In this document: piece after piece, positions 1 through 7,163 of the stretch
Numbering within the stretch: position 1 is the stretch's first letter
Layout: each line of letters starts with the position of its first letter
Source: a virus
Taxonomy: Duplodnaviria > Caudoviricetes
Length of the DNA stretch: 59,634 nt
Strand: one strand, 5' to 3'
Virus record (IMG/VR): IMGVR_UViG_3300005326_000008
Location: 1 to 59,634 of that record
Notes under the pieces: model-generated
Seen by the model: the letters and a program-made list of their open reading frames with translations, nothing else
The model's database searches: none
Told to the model about the DNA's origin: nothing
Program-made: the position numbers and the translations under genes

Positions 1-123
1 AAAAGAGGGAGATGAAATATTATTAGAGGAAATTTATAAAGTACCTTACCCAATAGTTCTAGATATTGGAGCTGGCGATGGAAAGTGGGGTTCACTAATC
101 GACAAAGAGAGAATAAAATCTAT
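1..123. repeat. Terminal direct repeat, copy 1 (circular assembly overlap)
   Basis: 1-123 is identical to 59512-59634, and an ORF reads through the junction. Confidence 0.95.
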
Positions 124-541
124 ATGTGCGTTAGAGGTATGGGGACCGCATGCAGCCAAATTAATGGATTCTTATGCCTATGATTCTGTAATCCAAGATG
201 ATATGCTTAATACTGACAGAATAGCCTATAATTCCTTTAATGTGATTATATTTGGAGACGTGTTAGAACATGTAGAAAAAGATAAAGGAATAGGACTAAT
301 TAAGTTCCTGAAGGCCAATACCAAAGCAATTATACTTTTAACAATACCAATATCTTTATGTATCCAAGATGGTTGGGTATATGGTAATCCTTATGAAACA
401 CATAAAGCACAATGGACCTATGAAGAACTAATATCTCTTGGGTTTGAATGCTTACACAGAGGATTTAATCCAAATGGGCTGGTAGAGATTGGAACTTATA
501 AAATGAGGTGTAATAATGGTAAAGAGACAATTGACATTTAA
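2..541 (+). CDS. Class I SAM-dependent methyltransferase, 3' part
   Basis: Open frame from 2 to 541 with LDIGAGDG and FGDVLEH motifs. The ORF track start at 164 is an internal Met. Confidence 0.85.
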   Translation, partial: KEGDEILLEEIYKVPYPIVLDIGAGDGKWGSLIDKERIKSICALEVWGPHAAKLMDSYAYDSVIQDDMLNTDRIAYNSFNVIIFGDVLEHVEKDKGIGLIKFLKANTKAIILLTIPISLCIQDGWVYGNPYETHKAQWTYEELISLGFECLHRGFNPNGLVEIGTYKMRCNNGKETIDI

Positions 542-746
542 TTTCTTTGGACAAGAACTGGAGAAGATGTTAGGCGCATTAGTTACTGTCAAGACTTGCG
601 ATGACCAGACAGTGACTGGAGAATTAAGAGGGTATGAGAAGAATCATTTGCATGTAGCTATAATGACTGATACTCACAAAATCATACTTAGGAATATCAA
701 ATCTATTGCTAGAGTTAGGAAGTTAGATAACCCTAAAGGAGACTAA
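516..746 (+). CDS. Sm/LSm-like RNA-binding protein
   Basis: LEKMLGALVTVKTCDDQTVTGELRGYEKNHLHVAI matches the Sm1 pattern, and IILRNIKSI is Sm2-like. Confidence 0.7.
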   Translation: MVKRQLTFNFFGQELEKMLGALVTVKTCDDQTVTGELRGYEKNHLHVAIMTDTHKIILRNIKSIARVRKLDNPKGD

Positions 747-752
747 AAAACG

Positions 753-963
753 TATACATAATTAATTGTATGTATAAAAATAAAAGAAAACAACTCAAAA
801 AACCTCAAGTTGATGAAGTTGTTTTAGTTTATAAATGTATGTATTAGTTTAAGTTTTAGTTAATCTAGAGAAGGATAAAAAAAGATGGTTAAAGAGACTA
901 AAGTCAAACTTGAAGAAGTTCAAACAAGATTTTTAATTTTGTATATACAATTAATTATATACA
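753..963. repeat. Pair of 24-bp palindromic sites (8-8-8) in inverted orientation
   Basis: TATACATA-ATTAATTG-TATGTATA at 753-776 and TGTATATA-CAATTAAT-TATATACA at 940-963. The two cores are reverse complements. Confidence 0.75.
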
Positions 964-978
964 AAATTGGAGGCTAAA

Positions 979-1320
979 ATGAAAGGTAGAAAACGTAAGA
1001 ATTATCGAGCTGAGAGGATTAGCATTTATTGCACAGACATGGACGCATATAATATCTTGAAGAAGATGAATGTCAACCTTAGTGAATTATTTACTGATGC
1101 TATCAGAGAAAGGGCATACTCTCCAAAGGGTAACCAATTAGTGGATAAAGCACTACAGAGGGACATTCTAATTACCCAAATGCGCACTCTTCAAAGAGAA
1201 CGTGATGCAAAGATAGAAGAAGTTAATATCCACTATGCTTTAAAGCTAAAAGCCTTGGCAGAGAAGATTAACAAATTAACAACTTTGATAGCTGAAGAAG
1301 AGGTGGAGGAATCCAGATAG
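979..1320 (+). CDS. Ribbon-helix-helix-like DNA-binding protein with coiled coil
   Basis: GGAGG before ATG 979. RISIY...NVNLSELFTDAIRE is RHH/CcdA-like. Confidence 0.5.
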   Translation: MKGRKRKNYRAERISIYCTDMDAYNILKKMNVNLSELFTDAIRERAYSPKGNQLVDKALQRDILITQMRTLQRERDAKIEEVNIHYALKLKALAEKINKLTTLIAEEEVEESR

Positions 1321-1355
1321 AAACTTATTTAAGTTGGTATGTAATCTATGTAACA

Positions 1356-1613
1356 ATGGTAACCAATAAACAAGGGAAGAATAAAACATTCTTTTGTAGG
1401 AATGTTGACAAGTGGGATGAATGTGTACTCAAGAAAATAAATCTTAGCGAAAAGATAAGTGACTATGTGGAGTATCTTGCATCTACTGAACATAATGACA
1501 CATTTAACGAAATAGTTAAATTTGAAGAGGATATTGAACGCCTTAAGCGGAAATTAGACTTCTTCCAAGATAAACTAAAGGAGATTAAAAATGCTAAAAG
1601 TAGAACTGAATAG
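1356..1613 (+). CDS. RHH-like protein with coiled coil
   Basis: KTFFC...INLSEKISDYVE. Has its own BRE-TATA (GAAACTTATTTAAG, ~1320-1333). Confidence 0.45.
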   Translation: MVTNKQGKNKTFFCRNVDKWDECVLKKINLSEKISDYVEYLASTEHNDTFNEIVKFEEDIERLKRKLDFFQDKLKEIKNAKSRTE

Positions 1614-1845
1614 GATAGGACCCGATGATTTCCAATGGACATTATATACTGATGATAAATCTTTTGAAACTTGTTCCCTGTGTGGAGAGCCTATAAATAG
1701 GATAGGATATTATTGCGAAGTGTCAAGCAGAGTATATTGCTCAACATGTAACAACGAGCGCGGACCTCCATGCGAAAATCTTTCCAAACTACAAAATAAG
1801 GAACATATTCACAGGAAAGTTATAATTCTCATCAAAAGCGAGTAG
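1591..1845 (+). CDS. Zinc-finger protein
   Basis: CSLC, YYC, CSTC, C/H cluster; GGAG RBS. Confidence 0.6.
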   Translation: MLKVELNRIGPDDFQWTLYTDDKSFETCSLCGEPINRIGYYCEVSSRVYCSTCNNERGPPCENLSKLQNKEHIHRKVIILIKSE

Positions 1846-1900
1846 TTACAAATTAAGAAACCTTTATATATTACATAAGCGTATATATAATATAAATAAG

Positions 1901-1945
1901 ATGGGCTAGGTCTAGCTAGTTAAGGCCGCCGGACCGATACCCACA
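1901..1945 (+). ncRNA. Candidate small RNA or GC-rich hairpin at the convergence of the two transcription arms
   Basis: BRE-TATA (GAAACCTTTATATA, 1857-1870). Stems TGGG/CCCA and GGTCTAGC/GCCGGACC. Confidence 0.35.
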
Positions 1946-1959
1946 AATTAAATTCTATT

Positions 1960-2169
1960 TTATAATGGATACCATTCTGAATGAGCATCCCTTAGGTATT
2001 TATCCAATGCGGTTGCACAACCACCAATTAATACCCACAACGCTGTGTTAACAGGGCTGGTATTGATTAATACGGATATTAATGCTGGTATCTGTGGTAC
2101 AACAGCTCTCAAAAATCTTTTTCCATAATGGAAGAAGCTTTCTTTAAAAGTATATGTTTTCTTTGCCAT
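1960..2169 (-). CDS. Small membrane protein, holin-like
   Basis: 69 aa with two hydrophobic segments and a basic N-terminus; GGAGG RBS; last gene of the late arm. Confidence 0.55.
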   Translation of the reverse strand: MAKKTYTFKESFFHYGKRFLRAVVPQIPALISVLINTSPVNTALWVLIGGCATALDKYLRDAHSEWYPL

Positions 2170-2222
2170 TTTTGTTCCTCCTTTCAGTTAATACTAATTA
2201 TTAAAAAATAAAAAAAATAGGG

Positions 2223-3767
2223 TTAATAAACCCCAATTGTTGCCTCAACTTGTTCGTCAACTAACTTGATTAATACATCATCGTTGTCTGCATTTGATTC
2301 TGGTGAGACAATTACGCAACCTAATGAAGTTAATACATCCTCATCAAATGTTCCGATTTCTCTGCCACTATACAAAATGTCAGTTGATTCTGCATCATCT
2401 TCGTTACCCAAACTTTCGCTTTCAGCTAATGAATTAATAGTAATCCATTCACCTAGTTCGTCAGTTATGTAGACTTCTCCATTTGGACCGAACTCGACTA
2501 CGTAATCTGCTTCATTCAAATCAATAACTACTTCGCTATCAGTTGCAACAACAAAGTCACTACCATCTGCGTAATAGATATTTGAACCGTCTGAATACAA
2601 GACACTAAAGTCATCTCCGTCAATTTCCAAGACATCTTCACTGGCTTTTAACTCAGTTACTTTGACATCTACTTCATCAACTTCAATTGTATCAAATCCA
2701 ATTTCTAGTTCAACTACACTTGGTTCACTTACTTTATCAAGGCATACAGACAAGTATTCTTCTGGGAATACGATACAATCTCCAATGCTCAATGCAGCCA
2801 TATCACTGTCTAATCTATTGAACTTTTCATCCAATACAACAGAGATACTTACCAATTGACCATCTTCAACTTTAATATCCCATACCCAATTAGCTGATTC
2901 TCCATAGTCATCGCCAGACTCAACAGTTTCCTGTGAACCAATGCCTACGACCAAAACAGCTGCACTTTCTGCTTTAGTGTCTCTATAGAAAATATTGTCT
3001 ACATAGACTTTCACACCATTAACAGTTTCAGTGTCACCTTCTTCAACAACTTCGGCTTCTCCATCAACAGCAACAATGACTGAATCCATACCAACGTCTA
3101 CTAACTCAACGCCATCGATTACTTCGCCAACATGAACATATTGTGTTGGTTTTGTAAAGTAAGTCATTGAATTCTCATCTACATCTGTAATAGACAAGAC
3201 TTGGCCTAAGAAACTTATTTCTAATGGATTGTTTTCACTGATGTCGTCAACTAAAACTTCATCTTCAAAATTATAGTTGTAACTAACAGATTCTCTTACT
3301 TCGCTAACTAAATAAACATTTGAACCAAACTCTGATTCATAATCTTCACTTCCGCTGTAAGCAATCTTATTGTCTGAAGTTAATTCTACACTTTCAGATA
3401 CATCAATACTGTCTTCTCCAAATTCTATTTCTGTGTCAATTAATTTCTCAACTTCGTTCTCATCAAGGCTCAATTCGACGTTATCACCTAGATTGTATTC
3501 TTCTGAATACAAAGCACTTGGTGCAACTACGATTACCTCTTCTTCTTCAACTGGCAAAGTCGCAATATAATCATCTATCGCACCTTGGTTGTCAGTTGTA
3601 ATATCTACTGATTCTTGACCGCTCAAGTAAGCTGCGTCTTCCATTGCTTTAACTTCTTCTGCTGTGTACTCAGTTGTGTTTTCTGTAGTACATGCACTTA
3701 AGAATACAGCAATGCCTAACATAGCAACAATACCTAAAACGACCAATACTTTCTTGCTTAAACCCAT
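2223..3767 (-). CDS. S-layer-like protein with lipoprotein signal
   Basis: Lipobox FLSA-C. Very acidic, beta-rich body with segments I recognise from DPANN S-layer proteins (NPLEISFLGQVLSIT, ETVNGVKVYVDNIFY, SPESNADNDDVLIKLVDEQVEA). Confidence 0.75.
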   Translation of the reverse strand: MGLSKKVLVVLGIVAMLGIAVFLSACTTENTTEYTAEEVKAMEDAAYLSGQESVDITTDNQGAIDDYIATLPVEEEEVIVVAPSALYSEEYNLGDNVELSLDENEVEKLIDTEIEFGEDSIDVSESVELTSDNKIAYSGSEDYESEFGSNVYLVSEVRESVSYNYNFEDEVLVDDISENNPLEISFLGQVLSITDVDENSMTYFTKPTQYVHVGEVIDGVELVDVGMDSVIVAVDGEAEVVEEGDTETVNGVKVYVDNIFYRDTKAESAAVLVVGIGSQETVESGDDYGESANWVWDIKVEDGQLVSISVVLDEKFNRLDSDMAALSIGDCIVFPEEYLSVCLDKVSEPSVVELEIGFDTIEVDEVDVKVTELKASEDVLEIDGDDFSVLYSDGSNIYYADGSDFVVATDSEVVIDLNEADYVVEFGPNGEVYITDELGEWITINSLAESESLGNEDDAESTDILYSGREIGTFDEDVLTSLGCVIVSPESNADNDDVLIKLVDEQVEATIGVY

Positions 3768-3797
3768 GTTTTTCTACCTCCATGAAATTTTATAGCT

Positions 3798-3959
3798 CTA
3801 ATCTCTAATATCTTCTCCTTTAATAACCTTTTTATTCATATTATTTAAAGGATTAGGGATATATAACTCGTTCACTTTCTCTGTTACTACTTTCCGAAGA
3901 AGAAGCTCATCTTCGGTGCGGATAGTTACTGAAAAGTGTGGAGCACGAAGAGAGTTCAT
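3798..3959 (-). CDS. Small hypothetical protein (53 aa)
   Basis: ORF fills the gap between the peptidase and S-layer genes. Confidence 0.35.
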   Translation of the reverse strand: MNSLRAPHFSVTIRTEDELLLRKVVTEKVNELYIPNPLNNMNKKVIKGEDIRD

Positions 3960-3960
3960 A

Positions 3961-4578
3961 TCAGTAAGCGATTAACACTACAACGCCTTTTATTTCCTCT
4001 AAGGCAACCCATGTCGCGTCTGCGCCCTTACAATTGTCTCCTTGACATTGGTACTCTGGGAGTCCGATTTTATTAGTCCTAACTCTCACAACCCTATGGC
4101 AGATACTATTTATGGAACCTTTCTTTTGGTAGACTATAATATCTCCAACCTTGGGGAGTTTATCTTTAGGCCAATGTTCTTGTGGCAAAATAATAATATG
4201 CGAGTCTTTATCTAATGTTGGTAACATAGAGTTTGTATCAGCTATAAAATGTTTAATTGGCTGTTTTACGTAGACCACAACGCTTGAATTCGATATCTTA
4301 ATCTCATCCTTTAATAACCAATCCTGTGGGGAGAAATCGTCTTTCTTACTACGGAATATAGCCGAACCTCCAGCTCTAATACCTTCAAAAGTATCTTCGC
4401 TATTGACTTCCAATTGATTAGTCTTACTTATCTTAACTAACTCTTGAGAAATTGCATCTCGTTGTTTGAATGATTCGTCTAACTGGGCCTCCAATGTTTT
4501 AATCTGGTCTTGGAGTTTTTTAATCTCCAGACTAGATTCTAACTTAAACCCTTTTATTGCCTCTTTTATTCTTATCAT
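3961..4578 (-). CDS. S24/S26 family peptidase (archaeal signal peptidase I-like) with N-terminal coiled coil
   Basis: TNSMLPTL (Ser), GDIIVY, ICHRVV (His), QGDN motifs; no transmembrane anchor. Confidence 0.8.
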   Translation of the reverse strand: MIRIKEAIKGFKLESSLEIKKLQDQIKTLEAQLDESFKQRDAISQELVKISKTNQLEVNSEDTFEGIRAGGSAIFRSKKDDFSPQDWLLKDEIKISNSSVVVYVKQPIKHFIADTNSMLPTLDKDSHIIILPQEHWPKDKLPKVGDIIVYQKKGSINSICHRVVRVRTNKIGLPEYQCQGDNCKGADATWVALEEIKGVVVLIAY

Positions 4579-4585
4579 TTTACTC

Positions 4586-5479
4586 CTAAGTTGTAATTAA
4601 ACCTGTTTCAGTTTTATATCCTTCAATCCACCAAATTCTCATTTTCACAGCTGATACCGCAATTGTAGCAGTATGGTTCTGGTATGAACAACCAAATGTG
4701 TATGAGGATTGACCAGCCATTAATGGTCCTGCACATGCACCGACATCATAAGCTGGCCCATCGTTTAAACTAGTTTCGCATATCGCGCTGTTTGCATCAT
4801 CACCTTGAACTGGCCAGATTGTTGACCAAATGTAATCTCTACTAGCAGTAGTTTCTAATGTCGCTGAAAATACAATATCATACGCTTGGTTAGAAGCATC
4901 TACATCACTCTGACTGTTATTTATGTAAAAAGAGAAATCACCGTGACCAGCGCCAGTAATAGAATATGTAAAACTAATCTGCATAGCTGTAATTATATTA
5001 TCCGCAGTTCTTGGTGTAAATGTATAAGTCCTTCCAGAAGCTGGTGACGAATCAGTGTAATCAATATATTTAACACAAGACTGTGTCACATACGATGTAG
5101 GAAATATATGAAAGTTTGTAGTAGAAGTTGCTACTCCTATTGGTACGCTAGATATGGTAGTACTTGTCCCTCCAGCGGATGTAGAGGTGTAATAAATCTC
5201 CTTAGCTGTTAATCCCGTCGTTCTATAATTTCCTCCACATTGTAAGTATACTGTGGTTCCAGAGTTTGCAGTGTTAAGTGCTATTCCTGTAAATTTGTTA
5301 TCTGCGGAAGCATCTTTATCAGACTGGTAAGCTTCACCATCAGATTCTGAAACATAACAAGCCTGACCTGCTGTTAAGTTTTCTCCAGCTTCAGCGTTGA
5401 TTATATTTATAGCTGCATTTGCGTCTCCATCATAAAATATATCTCCATCTGTTTTTGGTTGTACGTATTCAACTGCCAT
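4586..5479 (-). CDS. Tail fibre / receptor-binding protein
   Basis: AGENLTAGQACYVS beta-clip-like N-terminus; Ser/Thr-rich; at the end of the tail module. Confidence 0.55.
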   Translation of the reverse strand: MAVEYVQPKTDGDIFYDGDANAAINIINAEAGENLTAGQACYVSESDGEAYQSDKDASADNKFTGIALNTANSGTTVYLQCGGNYRTTGLTAKEIYYTSTSAGGTSTTISSVPIGVATSTTNFHIFPTSYVTQSCVKYIDYTDSSPASGRTYTFTPRTADNIITAMQISFTYSITGAGHGDFSFYINNSQSDVDASNQAYDIVFSATLETTASRDYIWSTIWPVQGDDANSAICETSLNDGPAYDVGACAGPLMAGQSSYTFGCSYQNHTATIAVSAVKMRIWWIEGYKTETGLITT

Positions 5480-5653
5480 TTATTTCACCTCATTTGCTTT
5501 ATATTCTAGGTACTCAATTATATGAGACCCACCGATTATTAATTTGTTTTTTAGATACCATCTAACTATGTCTTCTGAATCAATACTAGGAAACAATTTT
5601 AGAATTGCTTGCGATTGATTACTAAATTGTATGTTTAGTTCTGCATTTTCCAT
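5480..5653 (-). CDS. Small hypothetical protein (57 aa)
   Basis: Abuts both neighbours; GAGGTG RBS. Confidence 0.55.
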   Translation of the reverse strand: MENAELNIQFSNQSQAILKLFPSIDSEDIVRWYLKNKLIIGGSHIIEYLEYKANEVK

Positions 5654-7162
5654 TTATACCACCTCAATATAATCATTCTGTTGGATTTTAAAGTTGCTAG
5701 TTTTATATGTGGGGCTAATTCTACTTGCACAGAATAGTGTAGCAGTCCCACGATTTGCTAAGTGCCAATAGTCCATGACTATACTTCCTGCGGCAATTAT
5801 AGTCCCAGTACTATCAGTATGAAGTCCTATATAAAGATAATCCAAAGTTGTTACATTTGGAGAACCTATACTTGCCGAAGTTGCCAAGTTATGTTCTATA
5901 ACATTCCAATAATTTGTAAGTTCAACTTGAGAAAAGGATTTCACATAATAATTTGAACTATCATTCCCAATTCTAATCTCTACAGCCGTTCCTGTAGAAG
6001 CTAATTGGGTTATGTCAACAAATCTTAATCCCATTCCTAAATCACAACCTGTACCATCATAGGTACTACCCAATGTTTGATAATAATATGCAATTGTACT
6101 AGCCGTTCCGCTCTTACCTATACTCAACCCACTATCCCCTTCTCTGAACTGCGAAGTATTTATTACTTGTACAGCTGCATCAGTACTCTCTGTGAATGTC
6201 TGAGTACTACAATTATCTAATAAAGTAATACTTCCTCCGATAATACCTGTACTTAACCCTGTCTGCTGTAAATATACTGAAAGCGTTGTTCCTAGATTGT
6301 TAGTAGGTTCAGAGGTATCTAATACACTAATTACTACAGTCCTAAAACCAGAATCTGTATAGGAAGAAACGGCGTTTCTATCTTGAGGCAATACCACAGC
6401 ATAGTCTCTATCTGCAGGTATGGTTCCATTTCCAAAACCCCATTCTGAATAAATTGGTCTTGATGATGTATCTCCACCTATCCACGAACGAGTTAAATTT
6501 AATCCATCATTGGTAATTAGAGAGTTACCAACACTTTCATCACTAATCGTAAAAGTTTCACTAATCCTAGTAAATAACAAATCACTACATACTGTTCCTG
6601 TGAACACCCTCCTAGAAAAAATAGTCCCCCCTGTTGATGCGCTAAACCAACCTACTTCACCAATTGTGGTACCCCCCACGGTACTTATTCCCGGAACTAA
6701 TTCTCCAATCAGAGTTACATTATAACTAGTTCCTGTGTTAGAAGATAGAGTTACTCTAGAACCAACTTCACTTTCTAAAGCTGTGTCTGAAATATTAAAT
6801 GCTGTTGTTCCAGAACCTATTCCTACGTAAGTCGGAGAAGTTACTCCATTAGAAATCCAATCTCTCACCCAATATCTTCCGGAACTAGGTAATACTTGTT
6901 GGGTGGTATCTTCATAATAGGTTGAATAAGAACCTGTCAAATCTCCAAATTTGTCTGTACCAATAATACCATTAGTAGAAGAACCAAAAATAAAAGTAAG
7001 TCCTAACGATTTATTTTCTACCAATAGATTACTACTAACAACTTTTAATTTATAAGAGGTAACTACAAATTGTGTTGGCTGAGAACCCGGTTTAATCAAG
7101 TTATGTTGCATATTCTGTTGATTGCTCAAACTCCTACCTAATATCTCACCAAGTTCACTCAT
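5654..7162 (-). CDS. Tail tip / baseplate protein with putative carbohydrate-binding domain
   Basis: YVGIGSGTTAF..DTALESEV..R and TIGEVGWF tail-protein motifs; position in the tail module. Confidence 0.65.
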   Translation of the reverse strand: MSELGEILGRSLSNQQNMQHNLIKPGSQPTQFVVTSYKLKVVSSNLLVENKSLGLTFIFGSSTNGIIGTDKFGDLTGSYSTYYEDTTQQVLPSSGRYWVRDWISNGVTSPTYVGIGSGTTAFNISDTALESEVGSRVTLSSNTGTSYNVTLIGELVPGISTVGGTTIGEVGWFSASTGGTIFSRRVFTGTVCSDLLFTRISETFTISDESVGNSLITNDGLNLTRSWIGGDTSSRPIYSEWGFGNGTIPADRDYAVVLPQDRNAVSSYTDSGFRTVVISVLDTSEPTNNLGTTLSVYLQQTGLSTGIIGGSITLLDNCSTQTFTESTDAAVQVINTSQFREGDSGLSIGKSGTASTIAYYYQTLGSTYDGTGCDLGMGLRFVDITQLASTGTAVEIRIGNDSSNYYVKSFSQVELTNYWNVIEHNLATSASIGSPNVTTLDYLYIGLHTDSTGTIIAAGSIVMDYWHLANRGTATLFCASRISPTYKTSNFKIQQNDYIEVV

Positions 7163-7163
7163 T

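Noticed and set aside
1-123. Biological terminal repeat
   Set aside because: It falls inside a methyltransferase ORF and is best explained as circular assembly overlap.
1901-1945. tRNA gene or SRP RNA
   Set aside because: No anticodon arm, T-arm or SRP S-domain; too short.
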